Positions 41,116 to 53,036 of a stretch of DNA of 64,000 nucleotides are shown one piece after another. The notes beneath the pieces were generated by a model, which saw only the letters and a list, made by a program, of their open reading frames with translations, ran no database searches and was not told where the DNA came from. How positions within the stretch are numbered: position 1 is the first letter of the stretch; every line of letters begins with the position of its first letter. The stretch spans positions 1,757,608 through 1,821,607 of the forward strand of contig JALDTO010000266.1 of NCBI GenBank assembly GCA_023515725.1. The letters are read 5' to 3'. The stretch comes from Amoeboaphelidium protococcarum X5 (taxonomy: Eukaryota > Fungi > Aphelidiomycota). Made by a program: the position numbers and the translations under genes.

Positions 41116-41260
41116 TAATGTGTTTTTATCTTTATTTTACCTGATGTTTTAGCCCGTTGATTCAAGCCCCAATTTCAGGGGCACATTTAAAAAAACGACA
41201 CTTATGTGAACAATGCATTTTTTAATCAATTGCGATAGACAGATTTTGAAATAATAATTA

Positions 41261-42025
41261 ATGATTTGCACACCAAAATTCATTATTACTGTCAGCTTTT
41301 TGATTGCAGCTGTCAGTTGCGACTCTGTGCTGCAAGTGCTTGGTTAGGATCGCGTATCCCAATTTATTGACAAGTATACCGCTACCGTGGCCAAAGATGG
41401 GTATGTACCGTCATCTCAATTGGGAAGCAGTCTATTTGTTGAAATGGCAGATGCTGACAGTGATGGGTTGGTCTCTGCAGATGAATTGAAATCCACCATG
41501 ATGCAGTATCTTCAGCAAGGTGATATCCGTGACATCAATTCTATCTAAGTAATGCGCTAGTTTAAAGCTGCCTTGAAATCTGCCGAGAGTGAGATTTGTC
41601 CTTCTTAGTCTAATAAATTCATGCGCAAATTTACTTGGCGCAAGGTTAGCGAGTAATGTAGTGCAATTGCTGAGGCTGGAGAAATTGCAGAGGAAGCTGT
41701 GGCGAATACCCAAGTCAGTCATAGTCCTGCACCACTGAGAAAGCGTGGTCTTCTATCCTTTATTGGCAACTCAATCGCGTTTGTGTTCGGTGTCATTGTG
41801 GACATTATCGTAGTGCCACTCGTCCTCCTGAGATGGGTGATCAACACTTTGATATCCATTGTGGAGACTATTTATTACAAGACCTTTGGTCCAATGAGAA
41901 CTACACGTACTCGCCCATATGAATGGTATCGTTTGAATTAAATTAAGCGCCAACAGAGGAGAGCCACGCAATAGTTCAATCAACGCTCGGAGCAGTTGAG
42001 ACGCGAAATGGGCTTCAGATTCTGA
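41261..42025 (+). CDS. Secreted/membrane proprotein with one EF-hand loop, a dibasic KR site and an amphipathic hydrophobic segment (254 aa)
   Basis: Signal MICTPKFIITVSFLIAAVSC; EF loop DADSDGLVSADE; LRKR-GLLSFIGNSIAFVFGVIVDIIVVPLVLLRWVINTLISIVETIYYK. Confidence 0.75.
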
Positions 42026-42108
42026 AGTATCCTGCTAGTTTAAAAGGGGGTAGTAATTAAATAAATGACGGCGAATAAATATTATAATAAAATTTAGGAA
42101 TACGTACT

Positions 42109-43964
42109 TCATTATGCCTTCCTTTTAAATCGATCAAGTGGACTCTATCTTACATGATCTTTGGAGGCGTAAACTACATCAGTAGACTTCAACTACCGAC
42201 TCACATTTAGTTCCTTTATAATCTATTCCTTCTTCTCTTCAACGACATTCTGTTTCCGCCTCAGATAACGCTTTATAGCAGAATTTCTCCCTTTAGCTCG
42301 ATTCTTGGCCTTTCGCTCTTTCATTCCATTGGCACCACGTTCAATCTAGTTCTTCTCGCGTATAGCCTCAGTATGATCTTTACTAACAAATCCAATACTC
42401 CCGCTGTAAAACATTTTCTTATATTTACTTTTATTCGTAAGAGTGATGCTTTGGGACAGAAGATGCCGCTTATTAAATTTTACGCGTTTTCCGCAAAATT
42501 CAAAAGGAAATCCTTAAAAAAGGAGAAATGTAAAGTATAATCCTATTGATATATATTTCATTTCAAGTGACTCAAGTCTAACGTGATCATGTCTGAAGGA
42601 ATCTTTTCTAGTAGCATTTTAACTTCGGCTTCTTGCCTTTGACGCGTAGTCTGATAAGGATTATTTTCATGTGCGTCAAAGTTAGGATTACACGATCCGG
42701 GGACTAGTATTGATGATATACCTTTGGTGTGCGCATAGACCAAGCTATCTTGAAATGGTGTAAAATTCACTTTGGATATCTGCGAGCCTTCATGCAAATG
42801 AGTGAGATATGGCATTTACTTGTGCAGAGACCTTCCACTTTCTGGATCTCCGCTTTAGGCTAACTGATTGATAGATTTAAATATACTCACACGAGGACCA
42901 TGCGATACTGCCAACATTCCATTCTAAGATATATCCAAACTCTTACCCGGTGATGGTGTATAAAGTTGATTCAGTTGACGGAACATTCGTAAATCATGCA
43001 CCTTCAACTGCCCATCCATACCACAAGTTGCCATGTATAGACCACTAGGATCAATCGCGACATCATTGACAGGGCCTCGATGAACGAGCATTTTGACCAA
43101 CTGTTATCCCATATTAGGTGACCATAATGTCACGGTACCATTCGAATGACCAAGATGAGTGATCGCATTCTACGGGTTGTGAGCCATACATGTACTCCTC
43201 CCTTGCTTGGTCTTAATCTCAGTCACCGGATGGCCTATAGATGTGTCATGATATCGCAGCACGCCATTATTACCGCTGGTAACAAGTAGAAAGTGATAGC
43301 GAAGAAAATCCATATTCACAACCTCTACCTGGTTCCTTAGACAGTGCAGCTCCATCCCAGTATGATCATAAATGTATACGTGATCGCGCTATGCCAAAGC
43401 GAAATACATCTCATTATGTAGCCAGCAAGCATCGCGTACAAGTTCAGTATTTCCACTAATCATTGTCGCGGTGGCACTATTACTGCTCTTGACATAGAAT
43501 TCCGTATGTAAATCCTTAGAAATCTAGTCAAAGGTTGAGATATGACCCTTCCTGGAAGCGAACAGTACATGCCTACCATTACCGCTTAGACTGAGACCGC
43601 CATCATATGCTCCCCAACCGACGCTATGAAGATCAAGATCCCAAGCCAGCTATTACGCGCGATAATCCACATTATATTTAATATCCTTCTACTTGTATTT
43701 GAACGTGTGATCAAGACCACTCTCCGGATTAGACACCTCCAGAAAACCGCCAGTAGAAGTTTACAGAATCTCCGCCTATTTTAGATTAACAGCCGCAGCC
43801 TTACTGATCCGCTCCTATTTCTGAACCATAGCCTTCAATTTAACATCTTTGATCGCCTTCTTATCTACGCGACCTGCAGAGCGCAAATACTTTCGCACAG
43901 CAGGATCATTCAATTCACCAGCGCTAAGTGGCTATTTAAGCGGATCTTTAACGTGTTTTGGCAT
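42109..43964 (-). CDS. UTP7: U3 snoRNP WD40 protein Utp7/WDR46, interrupted by a ~170-bp insertion or atypical intron at about 42404-42582
   Basis: YDHTGMELHCL, HLGHSNGTVTLWSPN, GSCNPNFDAHENNPY, RQEAEVKMLLEKIP. The C-terminal exon reads GSIGFV...KGRNSAIKRYLRRK...LDRFKRK. Confidence 0.9.
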
Positions 43965-44257
43965 CTATTTATTCTATTTTCTCTCTGTTGAAATAGAATA
44001 CTTCTTGATTCTACTAAAGTTTTCCGGTTTTTCTCTCTTCGTGTCTCACTCGATTGACCGCTGAAGTTTAATCGCTCGCTGATCCTTTCTCGAAACAAAA
44101 ATTCTCCACTTTTTTTGAATTCCACCCTGAGAATATAGGGGAAATAGCGATGCTTCATATCTGGTTATTGGTAGTGTTGACTGTGGAATGGTGCATTCTA
44201 TGTGCGATTATTAATAATTAGCGGCTGATTACAGACAGTAAAGTGTTCTAATAGTTC

Positions 44258-44944
44258 ATGCTGTTCTCCACTGATGGTGTTGATCCAATGCCGAAGCAGT
44301 CAGGACTAATGAACAGTGATGCGTACATGATGCAGTCAGTGTCGCCGCTACTTCTCGCCATATGGTTTGTCTTTACATTTACATTATGGCTGAGGTACTG
44401 CTGGCTACTGATAGGCCGCTGGCTGTATTTCAAGTGGTAGATGCACCGGAAATAGTAAAAGATCGCCGCTGATCAGAAACGGAAACTCGCCGACTTGAAA
44501 CAGAAAGGCAATAAAGAAGCAGATGATTAATTAGATAAGGGTGTGGTAGAAATACAGTCAACCGATGAAAAGTATTTAAAATTGCAATAATCGTCTTTAT
44601 CGCTATCCACTAGTTGGTAACGACCGAGTCTGTTTATGCAATCCATATTCTTTCTAAGCATTGTGCTGCGGTTGATCCTCGGCTGTCTGGTGCTGTTCAT
44701 CTATTATCAAAACTAGGGTGATTTGAGATAACTTTCGATGCAATTATCATATCAGACTTCTAATCATGTCGGTGAATCTGTAACTCTACTAGTCACGCAT
44801 GCAATATATGTCCTCAACTTGATGAATGATGCGTTCATTTTGATTATTGTCAATCTGATTATTGTTGGAGTGGTGCAGCTATGGGGATGTTTAACTCGTG
44901 TTGGATACACCCTTGGAGTAAATCAACACTTGAAAAATGATTGA
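44258..44944 (+). CDS. Hypothetical membrane protein (about 3-4 TM, 228 aa)
   Basis: ORFs 44258-44440 and 44738-44944 join in one frame with TAR=Gln and contain several hydrophobic segments. Confidence 0.65.
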
Positions 44945-45068
44945 TTATCGTCTTTGATACAAGAATACTGCAAAATATAAATATTGTAATAGGTTTTGAT
45001 GAAGTGTAAAGAATTTATTCCATTATAGATATCAGAAGTATTCATCGCTGACTCTTAGAGAACTGTAA

Positions 45069-46400
45069 TCAAGCATGTACAGCCTTGACAGCTTTCTAAG
45101 CAGCCTAGTCCAGATCATCAGCAGAGGTGATATCCAGTTTACTCTCAGCCAGAATACGCTTACCCTCCTCAACGTTGGTGCCACTCAGACGCACAACTAG
45201 GGGAATGGTTCTCATATTGCTCTTCTTCAGATCCTTCATGGCCTCCACTATACCAGACGCGATAACATCACACTTCATGATACCACCGAAAATATTAACC
45301 AGGATTGCTTTGACATTCTCATCGCTCATAATCAATTTAAATGCGGATCTCACCTGCTCAGTAGTTGCACTTCCACCTACATCCAGAAAGTTGGCCGGTC
45401 CAATCTTCTTGCTCTTACCATACAGATTGATAATGTCCATGGTGGCCATAGCCAAACCGGCACCATTCACCAGACAGCCAATGTTACCGCCCTTCAGAGA
45501 GATGTAATTCAGATTGGCTTCCCTGGCAAGACGTTCACGAGGATCCTCTTCATCGATAGACTCATCACGAGCCTCCTTATGCAAAGCCAAGTGTCTAAAC
45601 TCGGCATTATCATCGAAATTCAGTTTGGCATCGAACGCCATCACTTGTCCCTTATCAGTCTGACCCAGCGGATTAATTTCAATCTGAGTGGCATCCAGCT
45701 TGACAAACATCTCATACAACTTTCGCATCTCGCTGGCAGCCTATTGCGCTTACTCACCCTTGAATTGCAAGTTCTTGGCCAATCCCAGACATTGCTCCTC
45801 AGTAGGTCCTTCATTTAGGCTGTTAACATTCACCTTGAAAATCAGCTCCGGAGTCTCCTCGGCAACCTTCTCGATATCCATACCACCTTTAGGACTGCCC
45901 ATAAGCACGATACCAGTCGGGGAGGAGCGATCCATCAGGATAGCAAAATACGTCTCCTTCACAATGTTCATAGCCTCAGCGATCATGACTCTACGCACAG
46001 GAACTCCCTCTGAGCCAGTTTACTTGGTCCTTAAACTTCTTCCCACCATGTACTTGACCAGCTGGGCACATTCATCCGCAGACTTGGTGAGCATGACACC
46101 ACCAACATCCGTTGCCTTCTTACTACCAACCTGTCCGTCCTTCTCAGCACCCACGAATCTACCTTTACCTCTACCGCCAGCCAAAATCTGGGCCTTCACC
46201 ACCACCTGGTTGGTCTTACACTCCCGAGTGATGGCGTTAAATGCCTCGCGTGCCTCCTCTGCAGTCTTGACAATTCTGAAGCGTTGGTTCTGGCAGCCAA
46301 ACTTGTCCAGCAGGGACTTTGAAGTGTGTTCCTAGACATTCAAAAAGCGCTTCTATCCCACATTCACTGCACTATTTCCCAAAGCCTTAAGCTTAAGCAT
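45069..46400 (-). CDS. LSC2: Succinate-CoA ligase beta subunit, mitochondrial
   Basis: [64 protein letters not shown]. Confidence 0.96.
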
Positions 46401-46626
46401 TATTGTAATTGGTAATATATATATTCTTTGGCACTATAAAATGTATTTAAAGTTCTATGAAGGAAGAGTTTCAACAAGAAAAGGAAAAAGGCGCGAGCTT
46501 TATAAGGAGCTTTAAAAGAAGCAAACTTTATATATTTATTGCTATTTAGATTAAGAATTCAGTCAGTAGATCTCACATTCAGTTCTGCGACACTGCTGCA
46601 GATGATGACGATTATTATTATTATTA

Positions 46627-47913
46627 TCATGGAAGTGACATAGAAGTTTCTAGAGGAGGTAGGTGAGCGACTGGCAGTTGAGGAGATTAGACGGAGTGCT
46701 TGCCAGAGAGCTTGATGAGTTCGCGCGCGATATCGTCTTCATTCGGTCTCTGCTGCTTCTTTACGCGTTTCTTTGGTGGTGGTCGAGCTTCCATTGCAGA
46801 TTGACTATTCACGATGGATGATGCCTCTTGCATGGCCATATGAGCTGCTGCGACAACCTAGGCAAGTTGCTGTTCAGCATTATCACCAGCAATGTTTCCC
46901 AATTGTTCAGACATTGCCTACATCAACATCTCCGGGGTGAACTACTAGCCTTCAGGCATCTAATAACCAAGCAGATTGGCAAAAGCGAATAGATGCTAGT
47001 TGTCGTCATGGACAGGAGGAGATTGATTATCATTCGTGGTTGCTGCAACTTCATTATTCCTACTCTGATCGTTGGCAGTACTCTCTTAATCTTAACCTTG
47101 ATTCTATTACAAATCTTAATTAACAGAGACGGGAGAATTTTCAGATGACGTGGAAGAGTCGCTCTGTATATTGCTACTTTGTTGTTGCTGTTATTATTAT
47201 TACTGTTGCTGATTATGATTATTTATTGCTTCATTAAGCAGTTTTGCAGCATTCTCGGCAGCCAGAATACCAGTGACATCCTATCGCGATGGTTTAGACC
47301 GCTTTCTCTCGCCAGTCAGCACACGCCACTTATCATGCAGGTCAACATTAGTTCTACAAGCCTAGAAGTCAAATGCAGCCCGAATCTGAGCCCAATTACC
47401 GCGACCAAAGCGGCGGACACCATCAATCAAATTCTTCTCCTCCCAAGATTCCCATTTAACAGGCTTACGTCTCTTCACAGTGGGACGCGGAAATTGAGAC
47501 GCCATCATGCCCATAGTTTATAGCGTCTGAATCTACTGCAAGACTAGCTACTGCTCTGGAGTCAGATTGGCAAGAGATGCTTCCACACTGGAGAAGTCAA
47601 ATTGATCAACACCAGAGAATAGAAGCTGTTACTACTACTGTTGGAAGTCTTCTTACTACTACTACTACTGGGCTTGTAATTATTGCTACTGCTACTACTG
47701 TTGTTCATCTTCCTACTACTATTACTCTTACTACTAATGCTATTCCAGAGTCATCTCCTGTGGCTACTCCTATTACTCTGATTAATCTTATTACTACTCT
47801 TACTACTCTTGAGGTTCAGACACGGCAGGAGAATCATCAACATTCACCACACCATCTTGATGAGGATCCTGCAATTGTTATTGCTACTATAATTCTTGTT
47901 AATCAGACGTCAT
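46627..47913 (-). CDS. Single-Myb telobox protein (TRF/TBP-like), Q-rich; probable 5'-UTR intron 47940-48011
   Basis: RRKPVKWESWEEKNLIDGVRRFGRGNWAQI...RTNVDLHDKWRVL, NLS-like PPKKRVKK, poly-Q tracts encoded by TAR/CAR. Confidence 0.82.
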
Positions 47914-48119
47914 ATTGTAATAAAGGATATAGATAATGACTACATAGTGATATTTTATTATTAATGATGACACTGTGACATTGATGATCTGAAACAAAGG
48001 GAGCGACTTACCTCTCGGATTAGGTATAGGTTAGTGTGATTTCTGCTACTTCCAATTTGGTATGATGACGATCTAGCAATCGCCGCTATTTAGGTATCGG
48101 TGACGGTTGGTTGCAGAAA

Positions 48120-48600
48120 ATGTAAAAATTTGCAGCGATTAGAAAACAGAAAAAAAAGAATTTTCGATCGCGCGCTAAGGTTGGCGCTCTTTTTATCGCG
48201 TGCCCCTGAATTTTTTGTGCGCGTGTGAATATTCTCTACCTTACTTTAGTGATTTTGTGTTTTATAGATTGCTCAAGAAAAAATGCCATATTTTTACTAG
48301 TTTCTCTGCTATGAACGTTTTAATTTCTCTTTTTAAACTCCTTGCTGTTGCTCAAATTATTTGTAAGTCGTTATTTGTAGTTATTGGTCTCTGTTAAAGT
48401 GTTCTTATCTGATGATGAGGTTGTCTTTATAGGATATCCACAAAAGCAAAACTTATCATTTTCTTTGTTGAGTTTGTATCGTCAATGCGCCTTATTTTAA
48501 AAACAATGATAAGACACCTACAGTATATAGTCTCACTTAAAACTTCCACTGGAGAAGAGGTGACGCGTTTTGATCGCGCGTTCATATTTTGTTTCAGAGT
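48120..48600. promoter_or_regulatory. Divergent promoter region with several CGCG elements
   Basis: GATCGCGCG at about 48166 and 48572, TATCGCGTG at about 48194, GCGCGTG at about 48219, GACGCGT at about 48562, between two divergent genes. Confidence 0.5.
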
Positions 48601-48682
48601 GGCTTAGTTCTTTTATTAATACGCTTTCTCATTCTATTTCCATTTCTATCAGTATTAAACAAATTCATTTCCCACAGATACT

Positions 48683-49735
48683 ATGACGCAAGATATCCAA
48701 GTGCCTATAATTGATCTAGGATAGTATTTAGCCTTGAGAGATGGTGAAGTCTCTGATGAAAAAGCCGTGAAGGATCTGTGTCAACAAGTCTCATTGGCGC
48801 TATTAGAATTTGGTGCTCTCATTGTCAAGGATCCTAGAGTCACGGATGATCATAATAATTAATTTCTCACATTGATGGAGTAGTACTTTGAGTAGCCGTA
48901 TGATGTAAAGATTAAAGATGCTCGTCCTCATCTACATTACCAGGTGGGAATCACTCCAGACGGTGTCGAGGTGCCAAAATGTGGCGCTGACGAAAAGTGT
49001 TTGTAGTATGTGGAGCAGTTACTTGATGAGGATAAACCAGTCCCCGCCACAGGTCCTGATGCCAAGTGGAGATTCTTTTGGCGTATTGGAGAACGTCCTG
49101 TTGATACTTAATTCCCAGAGTTGAATGCCGAGTCTGTGATTCCACAGGCGTTCCCTCAGTGGTCATCGACTTTGAACTAATGGGGTCAGTTGATGCTCAA
49201 TGCTGTTCGTGACGTGTCAGAGATGGCTGCACTTGGGTTTGGATTGAAGCGAGATGCATTTACCTCTTTGACCGAACAAGGCCCACATTTACTGGCTCCT
49301 ACTGGCAGTGATTTACAGAAATACAATACTCTAGGCGATGTATTGGCCGGCTTTCATTATGACTTAAACTTTTTAACTATTCATGGCAAGAGTAGATTTC
49401 CTGGTTTAGAAATTTGGAATAAACAAGGCAAAAAGATTAAAGTCAAAGTTCCTGATGGTTGTCTTTTGGTATAAGCTGGTAAGTAGCTTGAACTTTTGAC
49501 TGGAGGAGCAGTCACAGCTGGCTATCATCAAGTGACAGTTATGCCTGAAACTGTGGACGCAATCTCTAAAGCTCAGCGCGATAATCGTTCTCTATGGAGA
49601 ATATCAAGTACCCTATTCTATCATGTACAGAGTGATTAGGAATTGTATGATTTACTCACTGGCGATAGGAAATATGCTATTAAAGCTGGTAGTCAGGTGC
49701 AAAAGGAGATTGAGAATATAAAGTTGAAGATTTGA
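48683..49735 (+). CDS. 2-oxoglutarate/Fe(II)-dependent oxygenase (IPNS-like superfamily)
   Basis: VPIIDL, HYQVGITP, FHYDLNFLTIHGKSRFPGL (HxD), AGYHQV, WRISSTLF. Confidence 0.9.
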
Positions 49736-49874
49736 ATTGCAAAAATGTGTGTTCGATTGTTGTATTTTGGTTACTTTATATAGCTTCTATATTTATGATA
49801 ATTTTCATGTGAAGTGATGTCTGTTTTCTTTCATATAGATGCTAAAATTTTGAATATTAATACGTGACACGATC

Positions 49875-50748
49875 ATGTCATTGTTGCAAGTGCTGAGCAA
49901 TGCCGTGATCCAACTGATGAAGAACTCTAACAAACGGCCTCTTTTGATCGGCATATAGGGAGTTCAAGGTATAGGAAAGGTATTCTTGCACTTATTCTAT
50001 TTCATTGCATGTAATACAATAACTTTCAGTGTTAGAATGGTAGAGTTTTACTACAGCCAAGTTGCGTGAGAGTTTGTGTGAATAAGGATTCAAAACTATG
50101 GCATTATCAATAGATGATTTCTACAATACGCATGATCAACTGCAATAGTTGTCAAGAGAATCTAAAAATCCGCTGTGGGAGTAACGCGGCCTACCTGGAA
50201 CGCACGATGTGGAGCTGATGTAGAATGTGCTGCATAAAATAATGACCAACAATGAAGGTGAAGTCCAGGTACCTACTTACCGAAAAGAGGCGCACAGTGG
50301 CCAAGGTGGTCGTGGACACTTTCAAACAATATCATTACCAGCAGACGTGGTGATTTTAGAAGGGTGGATGGTTGGCTTTGTGGCATAAGCTGATGAATTT
50401 GTAGGTGATACTTTGACTATGTTAGACTACAACGAGACCATGATTAAGAATGCAAAATAAGTCAATAAAGAACTCAGACGATATGAACGCGTATTTTCAA
50501 TGCTGGATATGTTGATTGCGCTGAGAAGTGACACGCTAGAAAACGTTTATCAATGGCGACTTGAGTAGGAGCAAGAGCTTATCCTCAGAACCGGCAAAGG
50601 AATGTCGAGCAGCCAGATCAAGGAATTTGTCGATCGATTCATGACATGTTATCACATCTACTTACAGTCTTTGTATCAACAGGCCAATATTGTCATAACT
50701 CTAAATGGGGATAGATAAATCGTCAATATCATATAAAGTAAAGACTGA
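49875..50748 (+). CDS. P-loop kinase, Tda10/glycerate kinase-like; intron 49980-50043
   Basis: GIQGVQGIGK|S, SIDDFY, RGLPGTHD, VILEGWMVGF, VYQWRLEQE, FVDRFM. Confidence 0.9.
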
Positions 50749-50840
50749 CGTTCCATATTGTGAAATGAAACATCGCGTTCTGATCGTTTGAAACTTTCTC
50801 TTTTGCATTTCACTCGTTACTGTCATACTTTATTATTGTG

Positions 50841-52430
50841 ATGATTCTGTTGACCAGTCTTGCTGTATTGGCTGGATTCCTTTGTGGTAGCCTTTGTACT
50901 ATAGCTTTAGTATTATATTAGTTGGAAAAGTATTTTAGAAATTTATAGAATATTAGAGATCCTCCTGTTATTAAGAATAGAAGGACATATCATAAAGCTC
51001 CATTATGTGATCATTTTGCTAAATTTGGAGGATGGTTAAAGATTACGTCTCAATTCTAATCTGGTGACTAGCCTCTAAATTGGAGCATAAGTAGAATGCT
51101 GTTGGATGGTACTATATAATAGTCAAATGATGATAGCGTACATTATTGTGTGATATAAGATGGCTTATTGACCTTGTTTGACTCGAGTAAAGTTACTTCA
51201 AGGAAAGCATCTTAGTTTTATGATCTCCGAGATTCTCAAGTGCATCTCATACCAGATGATTTAAAAGATTATGAGTACTACTTTAAATAGTATCCTGTTA
51301 TGCTTACATTTTAATAGAACGGACATGCCGAAACACTTTATCTCTGGTCATTGACTGCCACTCAGAAGGAGGACTTGTACCTCTGTCTCGAAATCAATAG
51401 ACGGCGTTATATGCTTGATAATATGACCTCTCATTATCATAACAATACCTTTAATAAGCCGAGTAAGTTTAGTGGAGATAAAGTAGATTCTGCATGGTTT
51501 TCATTAGTAGTTGGACGCGTATTTTAGATTGAGTCCATCCGGTAAGGATTCATTGATAGAACAGTGGCCATGATAAAGTAAAAGATTAAACGCGCCGAAG
51601 CTGGCTCTTTTCTGGCTAGTCTGACTATTGTCAATTTTGATATCGATGGTATGCCGTAACTGGAAAATGTATAGGTGGTTGATAGCTCAGATCATATAAT
51701 CTTGGAAGGCGATTTGCACTTTACATCAGAGTTGAATGCCGAAGTTGCATCAAATTACTTTTCCATGAATGGTATTCTCACTCTTAGTCTTCCATTAAAT
51801 CTTAGAGTAAAATTGTCAAATCTGAAAGGAAGATGCCGATTTATTATCAAGCCATAACCATCGACGCGTTTGTGGTACTCCTTCCTTAAGCCTGGACCTA
51901 TATTTGATCTATAAGTATTGCCTACAATTAGCCAGGTGGCTGTCCCTCAGCTGTCAGTATTGCTTGAATTATTCCGCATGGCTTTCACCGGGCTGTTGTA
52001 GGAATTTTACATTGAGCCCAATTATGATGATATGGCACTTCTACCTGATGCTCCTAGTGAATTAAACACCGCGAAATTAAATGATAAACAGCCTTAATTT
52101 GATTAAACATAGCTATTGAATACTACTCAAATAAACGAGGATGCCGTCTCTCTCTGGCAGGGAAGTGACTGTACGCGTTCTCTTACCAGCTCTGAAGGGG
52201 AATTCAAATTAAGCAGGAAATAGAGGATTCTTGGATCCTTGTCTATGAAGAAGAGCAGTAGTAGTGGTGCAAAATTGGTTCGCAGAAATGTAATGACAGG
52301 TTCACTCATTGATTTATCAACCGGCGATCATGATTATCCTCAATCTCCTACTATTAGAAAGCGAAGCACTTCTGGGCTTGCAGAATTATTAAATAATTTC
52401 CGGCGAAATTCCAAGTCTAATTTATCTTGA
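50841..52430 (+). CDS. TM-PH-SMP membrane contact-site protein (Nvj2/TEX2-like)
   Basis: N-terminal TM; PH-like PDDLKDYEYYFKQYPV...QKEDLYLCL; SMP-like AWFSLVVGRIF...IKPQPSTRLWYSF...PNYDDM. Confidence 0.82.
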
Positions 52431-52479
52431 AGACTGTAAATACTGTACTATTAGCTCTGATTGCAGTCTAAATAATTGT

Positions 52480-52701
52480 TCATTAATAATACATTTCTAG
52501 ATTCATTCCATCTTGGATTTCATAATCGCGCAATGTGATGTGATCTTTATACACGTTGTACCATTTTTTAAATACAATCTTCTCAGGCTTTGTTCCCGTC
52601 ATTGCGGCCACAACCTTCTTCAAATCACCTATTGTGTCATCCTCATTACATTTGACGCGTACCTTCTTCCCCAATCTGTCATTACAAGTGATCTCGATCA
52701 T
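52480..52701 (-). CDS. HUB1: Ubiquitin-like protein 5 / Hub1
   Basis: [18 protein letters not shown]...EMYY-Q(TAA)-TGA; the YYQ end matches animal UBL5. Confidence 0.97.
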
Positions 52702-53036
52702 TGCGCAGAGTGATTGTCGCCGCTATAAAGGAAAAGAATTGTGGCATCACGAGTGAAGATCTAACGAAATTTTTGAGTCTTAAATCTTAAAGTACAGCTC
52801 AATGACCAGTTCACTACTGGAAAGGCCGACATCTAACCTTAAAATTTACTGCCTATGTAAAATTAATTTAATAACATGTCCAGTATCCAAGAAACTGATT
52901 GAGCGATATAGTTTCGCTCCCGTGTAAAATTTTGCTGGTAGTCAAGTCGAAATTTTGTTGATAAGATTAAAATATTTTCAAAGATTGTCAAATCTTATTA
53001 CTCTGAGTTGAAACAATCATAAATTACAAGAATAGC

